Shown piece after piece: positions 1 to 8,075 of a stretch of DNA of 54,508 nucleotides; position 1 is the first letter of the stretch; the number at the start of each line of letters is the position of its first letter. A program made the position numbers and the translations under genes. Location of the stretch: the IMG/VR virus record IMGVR_UViG_3300027801_001720; one strand, given 5' to 3'. Under the pieces are notes generated by a model. That model was not told where the DNA came from and did not search any database. It saw nothing but the letters and a program-made list of their open reading frames with translations. This stretch comes from an uncultured virus (IMG/VR IMGVR_UViG_3300027801_001720). Its lineage: Duplodnaviria; Heunggongvirae; Uroviricota; Caudoviricetes.

Positions 1-529
1 TTTGTACAACCAAGTCTTTGTTAGGAACAATTACTATACTACGCCCATATGGTTCACACATATTGCTTAAGGCGGCTGTTATAAGCGTCTTACCGGCGCC
101 TGTAGCCACTTCTTGCAAACTTTGTGGATTTGCTAAAAACTCATTTATAACTTCAACTTGATAATCTCTAAGTATAACAGGTTCACCTTCTGCAGGATGA
201 CCTTTGGGCCATGCTGTATCTTCATACATTGTATCAACAATAGGCTCGAAAGAAAACTTCCATTCTGCTCGTTGGTCTTGAATCTCTATTTCATAACCGT
301 CTGCTTGAACTATTGGAAGTAATCTATCTAACATGTTCATATAAGTTCTGCCGCCAATATCACAATACCTCACACAACCATCCCACCTGCCTAACTTGTA
401 AGCCGGCATATGATATGCATAAGGTAAAAAATACTTTGCTTCGTCTGAAATCTTACGTCTTGTACTTGGTGATAAACCAACGAACTTAACGTTCACTTCA
501 TCTCTTATTTCTAAAACACATTTTGCCAT
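1..529 (-). CDS. uvsW: UvsW-like superfamily 2 DNA helicase (N-terminal part; runs off the window)
   Basis: Not in the ORF track. Manual translation from ATG at 529 gives MAKCVLEIRDEVNVKF...MPAYKLGRWDG...LRDYQ...ATGAGKT...IVIVPNKDLV, i.e. Q motif, Walker A and motif Ia. Confidence 0.88.
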   Translation of the reverse strand, partial: MAKCVLEIRDEVNVKFVGLSPSTRRKISDEAKYFLPYAYHMPAYKLGRWDGCVRYCDIGGRTYMNMLDRLLPIVQADGYEIEIQDQRAEWKFSFEPIVDTMYEDTAWPKGHPAEGEPVILRDYQVEVINEFLANPQSLQEVATGAGKTLITAALSNMCEPYGRSIVIVPNKDLVVQ

Positions 530-534
530 AAGTT

Positions 535-564
535 ATTATACTACCATTTCCTATTGATTGTCAA
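535..564 (-). promoter_or_regulatory. sigma70-like promoter for the helicase, embedded in the 3' end of the receptor gene
   Basis: TTGACA-N18-TATAAT on the minus strand, 5 nt before the ATG at 529. Confidence 0.6.
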
Positions 565-2205
565 CTGAAATTCTCTACCTTGACTAGAATAGCCTGGCAG
601 GACCTCTACTTCTTCGTCTAACACGTTCTTGACATTAAGTGATAGTTGTACCATGTCATTGAATGTCTTAGTGTAGCCGAAGTTTAATTTTTCTAAGTCT
701 TCTAACTCTGCACCGTCATATGGTCCAGGCTTTCTATCGTATGTACCTGTGTAAGAAGCATTAACATTATGTGTACCAAAGTCTTGGTCATAACTTAATA
801 CTGCAACATACTTAGGTACTCGTGCTTGTATGGTGTCTGTTGCTTTAAGCATTATACCAAAGTTGCCAAACGTCTGTGCATACCTAATACCTTTTGTGCT
901 GTATGCACCTGTATTATAATACTTTGCATTAGTCCAAGTAGAAGTCGGTTCTTCGCCTTCAGCAATTATGTCTGGAGTTGAAAAGCCTGACATGTACTCA
1001 ATGGATTCTTCAAAGTCGTATACAAATATACTTAATACCCCAAATCCTAGTTCATAGCCTACTGCTTCTTCTGGACCCAAGTCTAGATTAGCATCTACAT
1101 AACTATCGCCATATAGTTCATATAAGTTAGGTCGTCTGTAACTTGTACCAACGTTAAAAAATAATGGTCCTTTTTCTACACCAAATCTCATAGCATCTTG
1201 ACCTTCGTTACCTCGTCTAAAACCAAAGTTATAGTTTAAGGCAAACTCGGCATTAATGTTTAAGTAAGCACCATAGTTATCTCTCTTATGTTGATTATAC
1301 TTTTCTTGACTAGCATCAACACCATAAGAAACTTGAAGTTTCTGCGATAGGTTTGTTTGGTCGCCAAGTCTCATATAGTCTGTACTACTTTCATTTTCGT
1401 AAGACATGTAATCGGCTGTGAAGTAATCTGACTGCTGATACGTTCTTCCTAATGTTAAGTACTCGTTATTAATTGCAACATTATACTTCTCGCCTTCTTG
1501 TACACAATCATTGGACTGTGAAAAGTCTGCTGTATAGCAGTTGTCGTATTCATATGAAAAGTCTGTGAGCTTTGCTGTAATAGTAAAGTCCTGAACATCC
1601 ACATTAAGTTTAACATTCTTATTTGAGTACTCATCTTTTTCTGTGTTATCGTTTCTTACTTGATTGTTCACACCTAATTCTGTGTACTGTATCCATGTTG
1701 TTGGTGCTAAGTTTAAATACCTATATCCGTTATTACCTGCTCCGGCTGTAATTCCTTTGTTAATAGTATCTTTAATAAGTACTGTTCCAGCAATACTGCC
1801 TGAACCATATACAACACTATTTGCACCAGTGATTATTTTAACAGTCTCACCTGTTATAATATCTGCACCAAAGTTATACCATGCTGACCCGGGCTCATTT
1901 GCTGGTATACCATTTCGGTAAACTGATGTATGTATTGTTTGAGCACCACGCTCGTTGTAACCTTGGAATGCTCCATAGCCGCCGGCGGTCCATGTGTGCA
2001 TGGGTGCTATTGCTTCTATTAGGTTGCTGTCTTGTAGTGGGTCTGTTTGTTTTACTTTTATTTGTTGTGCCACTACCACAACTTCCTCTATCTCTTCTGC
2101 TTGAGTTTTAAACGATATTGCCATCAATACCATAACTACAAAGACAAGATATAAAGGACTTAAATTGATGTGGAAATTCCAGTCAATTTTTTTACTCACT
2201 TTCAT
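541..2205 (-). CDS. TonB-dependent outer-membrane receptor (BtuB-like architecture)
   Basis: Signal peptide ending TQA, TonB box EEVVVVA, plug motif IITGANSVVYGSGSIAGTVLI, barrel motifs SYRRPNLYELY and NLDLGPE, C-terminus NVLDEE...GREFQLTINRKW. GGAG RBS. Confidence 0.88.
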   Translation of the reverse strand: MKVSKKIDWNFHINLSPLYLVFVVMVLMAISFKTQAEEIEEVVVVAQQIKVKQTDPLQDSNLIEAIAPMHTWTAGGYGAFQGYNERGAQTIHTSVYRNGIPANEPGSAWYNFGADIITGETVKIITGANSVVYGSGSIAGTVLIKDTINKGITAGAGNNGYRYLNLAPTTWIQYTELGVNNQVRNDNTEKDEYSNKNVKLNVDVQDFTITAKLTDFSYEYDNCYTADFSQSNDCVQEGEKYNVAINNEYLTLGRTYQQSDYFTADYMSYENESSTDYMRLGDQTNLSQKLQVSYGVDASQEKYNQHKRDNYGAYLNINAEFALNYNFGFRRGNEGQDAMRFGVEKGPLFFNVGTSYRRPNLYELYGDSYVDANLDLGPEEAVGYELGFGVLSIFVYDFEESIEYMSGFSTPDIIAEGEEPTSTWTNAKYYNTGAYSTKGIRYAQTFGNFGIMLKATDTIQARVPKYVAVLSYDQDFGTHNVNASYTGTYDRKPGPYDGAELEDLEKLNFGYTKTFNDMVQLSLNVKNVLDEEVEVLPGYSSQGREFQLTINRKW

Positions 2206-2234
2206 AAATTCTCCAGTTAGGTTTACTGTAACTA

Positions 2235-2262
2235 ATTATACGTCTTTACAGGCAAAAGTCAA
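2235..2262 (-). promoter_or_regulatory. sigma70-like promoter for the TonB-dependent receptor
   Basis: TTGACT-N16-TATAAT. Confidence 0.6.
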
Positions 2263-2284
2263 GTTAATTAATATCTTATTTTAT

Positions 2285-2318
2285 AAAAGGTGAAGCCCCG
2301 GAGTAACTCCGAGGCTTC
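2285..2318 (-). terminator. Intrinsic terminator after the ATPase gene
   Basis: GAAGCCUCGGAG-UUA-CUCCGGGGCUUC, a 12-bp stem with one G-U pair, followed by ACCUUUU. Confidence 0.7.
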
Positions 2319-2319
2319 G

Positions 2320-2370
2320 TGGTGCTCTACTTGGGGGATGACTAACGTTGAGCACCAGGGAAACGTTAGC
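2320..2370 (-). ncRNA. Candidate H-type pseudoknot or switchable 3'-UTR element
   Basis: Stem 1 pairs 2362-2370 with 2341-2349 (9 bp). Stem 2 pairs 2350-2357 with 2320-2327 (8 bp). The stems are interleaved. Confidence 0.5.
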
Positions 2371-2383
2371 AATATTAATTATC

Positions 2384-3424
2384 CTATATAGTACCTTTCA
2401 TACAAGTAGTCCTGGCGAGCTTCTCCCAATTAGCAGGATCCATTTTTCTAAGATCCGCAATCTTCAAAACCATTCTCAAACTTATCTCTCTAAGTACTTC
2501 CTGGTTGCCAGTCATAAAGTCGATAACTTCTCTGTCACCTTCTTTACCAAACTTGTATTCATCAAGCATACCGTCTTCAACGATTTGGTTGATTCTAAGG
2601 AACTTGTCTCTCATGGAGCTCATTGTAAGATCCAAGTAGTGACATCTTGACATCAATGCCGCCAAGTGATCCTTAATCTTCTTAGAACGAACGTTCTCAA
2701 AATCAACGTTAGTAATAAAGATACAACCACCTTTAAACTCAAACCTATCTGGAATTCCTTCTCTTCGAAGTGCTTGGGACTCTGACTTCCAAGTAATAGT
2801 TCTCTTCTTACCTGAGTCCAAAGTAGCCTTCAACATGTTCAGACATACTTCATCAAATAATACACTATCACAATCATCAAATACTAATATGTTACCCGCC
2901 GCACTATTATTATATAGTGTCTGGAATAAACCAATTGGAGTAACTGAACCTTTAACAACTTCAGTTCTTGCAGGCTTGCCAGCAACTTCTGTTAGCATGT
3001 CATAATCTTCTAAAACAGTTTCAACACCAAATGACTTACCAACTCCTGGAGGGCCACTTACTATCATACCACGTACCGTACCTTCTGCTACAGCATGAGT
3101 CATACGATCCAAAATATCAAAACGTTCTCTGATACGCTCAATTGCTTGAACATCAGTTTCTGCTTTTTCCTTCTTTGGAGTATTATCTATTTTAGGCTGT
3201 TCAGCATAAACACTTGGAGTAACATACTCTAAGTCTTGTGTAGGATCTTCTATTAAAATCCTAATGCTTGAAAACTTCTCACCCATTGCTTCACTACCAT
3301 CAACGGTAATAAATGCACCTTTCTTGCCAATGTTAAGTGGCTTTAAGATTGGAAATACTGTATCAACGATTTCGTTTTTACGGTAAGTACCAGTCTTGAT
3401 CTTTACATAATTCTGCTTTGTCAT
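2384..3424 (-). CDS. P-loop (AAA-like) ATPase
   Basis: Walker A GPPGVGKS, Walker B ILVFDDCD, sensor-1 IFITN, Arg finger ALMSR. Confidence 0.85.
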   Translation of the reverse strand: MTKQNYVKIKTGTYRKNEIVDTVFPILKPLNIGKKGAFITVDGSEAMGEKFSSIRILIEDPTQDLEYVTPSVYAEQPKIDNTPKKEKAETDVQAIERIRERFDILDRMTHAVAEGTVRGMIVSGPPGVGKSFGVETVLEDYDMLTEVAGKPARTEVVKGSVTPIGLFQTLYNNSAAGNILVFDDCDSVLFDEVCLNMLKATLDSGKKRTITWKSESQALRREGIPDRFEFKGGCIFITNVDFENVRSKKIKDHLAALMSRCHYLDLTMSSMRDKFLRINQIVEDGMLDEYKFGKEGDREVIDFMTGNQEVLREISLRMVLKIADLRKMDPANWEKLARTTCMKGTI

Positions 3425-3482
3425 ATTGTCATCCCCGACTAAATGATTATTGTTAATAAGCCCTTCTTACTAACTTGTATAT

Positions 3483-3597
3483 ATTATACTAAATTTCTGG
3501 ACCAATGTCAACCTTTTACCGTTTTTATTGGAATCTTTTTCCAGTCCTTTATTGTTTAATATGTATATATTATACCGGATTTCCTGGCAGAAGTCAA
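3483..3597 (-). promoter_or_regulatory. Two tandem consensus sigma70 (early) promoters
   Basis: TTGACA-N17-TATAAT (3511..3483) and TTGACT-N17-TATAAT (3597..3569), both followed by ATATACA. Confidence 0.8.
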
Positions 3598-3625
3598 GTT
3601 TTATTTTCCGGTTTTTGTGGTTTAT

Positions 3626-4165
3626 TTACGGTTTTTGTATGTTTAGCATGAAAAAGCATGTCTGTAAGCATTTGGCTTGCCATTTAGCATCGTCTACAGC
3701 ACTATGTAATGCCTCTTGGACGCCTTTTCTAGGGTCTACAGCCATCATGCTGAATACTGTTCTGCTATCACGTATCTGCCAATATGCCCAGTTTGTGTGA
3801 ACTTCCATCTGCTTAAATAGGTTCTCTAATATGACCATATCAAATTGTGGGCCTTGGCACCAAATTTGGTCGCAACCTACTAACCACTTATTAAGTGATG
3901 TAGCGAATTCATTCAACTCAACTCTACCTTCTTCAGCAAATGCAATATCCTGGATATCCTGTGATTGCTTACCCCACCATTCTATTGTGCCTTGGTCTAC
4001 ATCTCTGCCTAACTCTGTTTGGGCATCAATATCAAGTTTGGCATCAAAGAAAGTATGTGGCTCTTCTTTAACATAAGGATCAAACTTTACACCACCCACA
4101 CTTAATATAACTGCTTCTGGCGAAGTAGCCAATGTTTCTATATCAATCATTGCATGGGTTGTCAT
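3626..4165 (-). CDS. DEDDh 3'-5' exonuclease (DUF5051 / RNase AS-like)
   Basis: HAMIDIETL, WCQGPQFD, RDSRT and HSAVDDA motifs. Confidence 0.85.
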   Translation of the reverse strand: MTTHAMIDIETLATSPEAVILSVGGVKFDPYVKEEPHTFFDAKLDIDAQTELGRDVDQGTIEWWGKQSQDIQDIAFAEEGRVELNEFATSLNKWLVGCDQIWCQGPQFDMVILENLFKQMEVHTNWAYWQIRDSRTVFSMMAVDPRKGVQEALHSAVDDAKWQAKCLQTCFFMLNIQKP

Positions 4166-4345
4166 TTATGTGTCCTTGTGCTGTGAATGTAAACTTTCAA
4201 ATACTGCGAATCCTTCATCCCTACTGTAGGTTTCTTCGTTATACAAACGTCTTTCTGAACAGTTCAATGAATACCATTCTGCAAAGTTAGACTCATAAGT
4301 AAAATCTGTATTGTATGTAAATACCGTTGATGTATTAACGTTCAT
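4166..4345 (-). CDS. Small hypothetical protein (59 aa)
   Basis: Manual translation MNVNTSTVFTYNTDFTYESNFAEWY...HKDT; tightly packed between its neighbours. Confidence 0.65.
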   Translation of the reverse strand: MNVNTSTVFTYNTDFTYESNFAEWYSLNCSERRLYNEETYSRDEGFAVFESLHSQHKDT

Positions 4346-4346
4346 A

Positions 4347-4505
4347 TTAGTACCCCTTTGTCATGTGTTCATAACAGTCTGGTGTGCTGTTATCAAGTCT
4401 AGCACCGCAAATACAATGCTCCTCTTCTTCCCTTGTAGGTGCTCCTACAACATCTCTAACATAGACCTCTAAGGGTACGTTTATTATATCTTTTGCTTGT
4501 TTCAT
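4347..4505 (-). CDS. Small hypothetical protein (52 aa), possible Zn-binding
   Basis: MKQAKDII...HCICG...DCYEHMTKGY; AGGAG RBS; upstream TTGACA-N17-TATACT at 4560..4532. Confidence 0.7.
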   Translation of the reverse strand: MKQAKDIINVPLEVYVRDVVGAPTREEEEHCICGARLDNSTPDCYEHMTKGY

Positions 4506-4565
4506 TATTACTCCTAAATATTAATACTGTTAGTATAGTTGATTTAGTGAGTAATGTCAACCTGA

Positions 4566-4991
4566 TTAGGCGTCTAATTTTTCGAAGTACTGTTTGAACA
4601 GTCGTTCTTCCCAATAGTATGCTTCACGTTCCCAAGGTTGTTTACTGTAAGGTACATCAGACATATCTGCTTTTTTCCATCTCATAGCACTACCAGATAG
4701 TTCGCCTGCTAAGAACTGTTTTGCATGAACTAATTCATGTGTTAAGTTAATGAGTATTTCTTCTCTTTCAAATACATACCCATTACTTGTTCTTGCAAGT
4801 TCAATATCAATGTGGTGCTTATCGCCCCAGCAATATCCGCCTGCTTGTTCTTCTAGTGCATTGTGTATTTGTACGTCAACTGTGACATTGCGTCTTAGTT
4901 TGATTGGGATAATGTTTTCTAACATTAACTCTGATACTGACTCTACAAATGACTTGTTTTTGAACTGCCCTACTATACACACTTCAATCAT
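4566..4991 (-). CDS. Zincin-like metallopeptidase (HExxH)
   Basis: LTHELVHAKQ...PWEREAY. Start moved to MIEVCIV (4991) to avoid overlap with uvsY; TTGACA-N16-TATTAT at 5053..5026 supports this. Confidence 0.75.
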   Translation of the reverse strand: MIEVCIVGQFKNKSFVESVSELMLENIIPIKLRRNVTVDVQIHNALEEQAGGYCWGDKHHIDIELARTSNGYVFEREEILINLTHELVHAKQFLAGELSGSAMRWKKADMSDVPYSKQPWEREAYYWEERLFKQYFEKLDA

Positions 4992-5083
4992 ATCTTGGTT
5001 TTCCACCCAGTTAGCAATAGTGCTTATAATAGCATCTTCTGTGGGTTTGTCAACCTTTTTGTAAGTTAGTGATTTTGAAGGAA

Positions 5084-5545
5084 TTATCCTATCGAGATAT
5101 CTTCCATTCCTGCTGTTCGGAGCCTTGTTATGTGTCCTATTTGCCATTGTTTCGTATCTAGCCCTTTCATTATACCTAGGTATTGGTTCCTAAGTAGACT
5201 GTATTGATTGCAAAGGTGTGTTAGGTTAATAACACTATCTTCACTATCAACAAACTTTTCTGCGTCTCTACTACTTAGTGTCCTATTATAAGATTCTAAA
5301 TACTTTCTGAAAGTTTTACTTCTTTCCTTACGAAGTTCAATATTCAAGTGTTCCAGTACTGCCTCAATCTCTTGTAATTGATTAAACCTGTGTTCGGTAA
5401 TGCCAGGTAGAGAAGCACTGGATCTCTCCAGGCTTCCCTTAATTGTACATTCGAATTTGGCTTCTTGTAGTTCTTTCTCGAAGTAAGTAATTGAGTCAAC
5501 AATTTTACCTAAGTCCTCTACTACTGAATTATACCAACCTGCCAT
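5084..5545 (-). CDS. uvsY: UvsY-like recombination mediator
   Basis: Helical 153 aa protein with KYLESYNRTLSSRDAEKF and KGLDTKQWQIGHITRLR; lies in the gp32-uvsX cluster. Confidence 0.7.
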   Translation of the reverse strand: MAGWYNSVVEDLGKIVDSITYFEKELQEAKFECTIKGSLERSSASLPGITEHRFNQLQEIEAVLEHLNIELRKERSKTFRKYLESYNRTLSSRDAEKFVDSEDSVINLTHLCNQYSLLRNQYLGIMKGLDTKQWQIGHITRLRTAGMEDISIG

Positions 5546-5548
5546 AAT

Positions 5549-5785
5549 CTAGTTCCATTCCTCGTCTTCGTCTTCTTCCACATCATTGCCCACATCATAG
5601 TGACCAATAACAGCGGCTTTAAGAGCTCCGTCGAATGTGTGTGCTTCTTCCTCGATGCCAGACATATCACATTCTTCGTCCATTACACGGACTAAATGTT
5701 CTGCGGCTTCTACTCTATCCTTCTTCTGGATATAGTTTTTCATGGATTCCCACACACTAACTAATAATTGTATTTCAGGATTCAT
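5549..5785 (-). CDS. Hypothetical protein with acidic tail
   Basis: 78 aa ORF with GGAG RBS, overlapping the uvsX stop. Confidence 0.75.
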   Translation of the reverse strand: MNPEIQLLVSVWESMKNYIQKKDRVEAAEHLVRVMDEECDMSGIEEEAHTFDGALKAAVIGHYDVGNDVEEDEDEEWN

Positions 5786-6893
5786 TGTTTAACTCCTCTG
5801 TAATAGGCTCATCAACTAAAGTCTCATCATCTACAATGTCACTTAAATCTTCATCTACAGTAACTACTGGTATTTGATGCCACTCGTCCATAACTACTTG
5901 TAATCGTTCTTCAGTCCACTGCTTTCTAAACTCTTTAATAATCTCGCCTGTAATAGGTGATGTATATTCAAGTTTATTACCAGTTTTTACAACGATACCT
6001 TTTGATTCAAGTAGTTCTAAAATACCTGAGTAAGGATTCATTCCTGTCTCATAAGGTATTTTAACCTGTACACTTTCAAACGGTTTGCTGTAACGAGTTT
6101 TCATTACTTTACATGCCGCTCTAATTCCTTGTACAGTGGTAGTTTTGTTGCCGTCCTCATCTTCTTTGAGCTTTAACTTTTTCATTGCTACTACAATACT
6201 ACTTGCATATACAAAACCTTGTCCACCTGATATCTTATCATCAGGGTCAAACATATCTTGTGATGCGTATGTATGGTTAGTTGCAACAAGCCCAATTGGA
6301 TGTGGTGCTAGTTGATTAACTGTATTTCTAACTAAGGATGTTAATGCCTTTGGTTTTCTTCCCATATCACCTTTCATGTCGCCTTTTTCAAATTGTGCAA
6401 CATCTGTTGGTGTTAGTAACATTCCTAAACTGTCTACTACAAATAGCATTTTAGGTTGTTCCTCATATGGTAAGTCACCATAGTTAGTCTTATAGTCTTT
6501 TACAAATTCACTGATTGTTTTAGCAACATCATCAATCATGCTAACACTAATTTTGAGAAGTTTCTCAGGACTAGTGTCTACATCTAATGCTTGTAGCCAA
6601 TCTTCATCAAGTGCATTTTCACTGTCAAACAATACTACTTGACAGCCTTGTTGTTGTGCATTACGCACTAAGTTACCTGAACAGATAAAACTCTTACCCG
6701 AACCGGATTCGCCAGCAAATACACTAACTTTACCTAAAGGGACTCCTTTATGGAAGTCCCCACTTATTAGGTAGTTTAAAGTGTAGTTACCAGTTGATAT
6801 CCAATCCTGTGGGTCATGAAAGCCAGCACTAATACCGCTGATGCCTTTAGTTATGCCCGTTCTGAACTTGGTTAGGTCAAATGGTTTCTGCAT
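5775..6893 (-). CDS. uvsX: UvsX / RecA-like recombinase
   Basis: ISTGNYTLNYLISG, Walker A GESGSGKS, FDSENA, VVDSLG, ISGGQG. Confidence 0.95.
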   Translation of the reverse strand: MQKPFDLTKFRTGITKGISGISAGFHDPQDWISTGNYTLNYLISGDFHKGVPLGKVSVFAGESGSGKSFICSGNLVRNAQQQGCQVVLFDSENALDEDWLQALDVDTSPEKLLKISVSMIDDVAKTISEFVKDYKTNYGDLPYEEQPKMLFVVDSLGMLLTPTDVAQFEKGDMKGDMGRKPKALTSLVRNTVNQLAPHPIGLVATNHTYASQDMFDPDDKISGGQGFVYASSIVVAMKKLKLKEDEDGNKTTTVQGIRAACKVMKTRYSKPFESVQVKIPYETGMNPYSGILELLESKGIVVKTGNKLEYTSPITGEIIKEFRKQWTEERLQVVMDEWHQIPVVTVDEDLSDIVDDETLVDEPITEELNNES

Positions 6894-6902
6894 TATCTTC
6901 TC

Positions 6903-7922
6903 CTAGGATCTGTTACGAATCATATTTAAAATATCATCCGCACTAGGCTTATCACCAGTTGCCTCTGCCGGAGCAGGTGCTGTTGCAGTTGCTTCAGCTA
7001 CAGGTACAGCTGGTGCAGGAGTAGGCGTTGCTACTACTGGTTCAGTTGTTACTGTTGGTGCTGGAGTTTCTACTACCGGAGCAGTTGGTTGCACAGGTGC
7101 TGATGTAGTTGGTTTTGCTGAAGCACTTGCAGGAACGTCTACGCCATAAGGCTTGTAGAAGTTACCCCAACGTTCAACATCATACAACTCACCGTCAACT
7201 GATGCTTGGAACATTTCGCTAATTGCGTTAAGTTCGTCTTGCCCAGGTCTTTTTGGTAAAAAGTCTGATAACGTATACAAACCATTTGTATCAATTGCCG
7301 CTAATTCATCTTCATTTAAGCCACGTTCTTTACGAGCCCATTTTGAAGTACTATAGTCAGCGTATTGACCTTTAGTGGTTTTCATTACTCTAAAATCTGT
7401 ACCATTTACATAATCAGTAGGAATGTTTTCCATATCAGGATCCATTAATGCTGATTTAATAATGTTAAAGATTTGAGGGGATATAACAAAACGTCTGATT
7501 GGATTTTCAGGTATTGTTTCGTTAAGTGGGTTTTCAGTAACATATCCTTGGAATATGTAACTTCTTTTTTTCCAGTACTTACGACCCATGTCTTCTAGAC
7601 TTGTGTCTTTAAACCAAGGACGAACCTCAGTTAATACTGGACAAGTATCTCCGTACATTTCTGCACATGGTACTTGTACTGTAACAGGTTTACTGTCACC
7701 GCCTTTTACACCCGGAAAAGAAAGTCTAATCATTTGTCTTTCTTGCCAAAAGAACGTGTTATCAGTGTCTGCGTCAGGTAAGAACCTGAGAACAGCTGAT
7801 GTTCCTTCGTCGATATTCCAGTGTGGATAAATGGCGTTGTCGCCGCCTGTTGATGATTGGCTAGAACTTTTTGTGTTCTCCATGCTTGCCAATTTAGCCC
7901 TTATTTCTGCCAAAGATGCCAT
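6903..7922 (-). CDS. gp32: T4 gp32-like single-stranded DNA-binding protein
   Basis: LRFLPD, CPV, YWKKRSY, GYVTENP, GQYADYSTSKW; Pro/Ala/Thr linker; adjacent to uvsX. Confidence 0.9.
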   Translation of the reverse strand: MASLAEIRAKLASMENTKSSSQSSTGGDNAIYPHWNIDEGTSAVLRFLPDADTDNTFFWQERQMIRLSFPGVKGGDSKPVTVQVPCAEMYGDTCPVLTEVRPWFKDTSLEDMGRKYWKKRSYIFQGYVTENPLNETIPENPIRRFVISPQIFNIIKSALMDPDMENIPTDYVNGTDFRVMKTTKGQYADYSTSKWARKERGLNEDELAAIDTNGLYTLSDFLPKRPGQDELNAISEMFQASVDGELYDVERWGNFYKPYGVDVPASASAKPTTSAPVQPTAPVVETPAPTVTTEPVVATPTPAPAVPVAEATATAPAPAEATGDKPSADDILNMIRNRS

Positions 7923-7939
7923 AATAGTGTCTCCTATGT

Positions 7940-8020
7940 TTGTGCCATAATGTTGTAATACTACTTTGTGTTAATGTATTACTTGTGCCTAAGTTTAATG
8001 TCTTTGTGCCATGATGTCAA
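7940..8020 (-). promoter_or_regulatory. gp32 promoter and leader with repeated GGCACAA motif and a hairpin
   Basis: TTGACA-N17-TAAACT (8020..7992); GGCACAA at 7940-7946, 7983-7989 and 8004-8010; stem 7955-7961/7976-7982. Confidence 0.6.
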
Positions 8021-8075
8021 CCTTTTTTTATCTTTTTATTGATAACAACCGTTGTCTTGTTGTGTATGTATTTAT

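Noticed and set aside
2206..2383. Cobalamin riboswitch upstream of the BtuB-like gene
   Set aside because: No recognisable B12-box architecture; the receptor has its own promoter downstream of the terminator, so the structure belongs to the ATPase 3' UTR.
2371..2386. Pseudoknot-stimulated readthrough of the ATPase UAG
   Set aside because: An in-frame TAA follows after two codons.
4992..5147. N-terminal extension of the metallopeptidase ORF in the track
   Set aside because: Overlaps uvsY and contains a promoter-like element, so the later start is more plausible.
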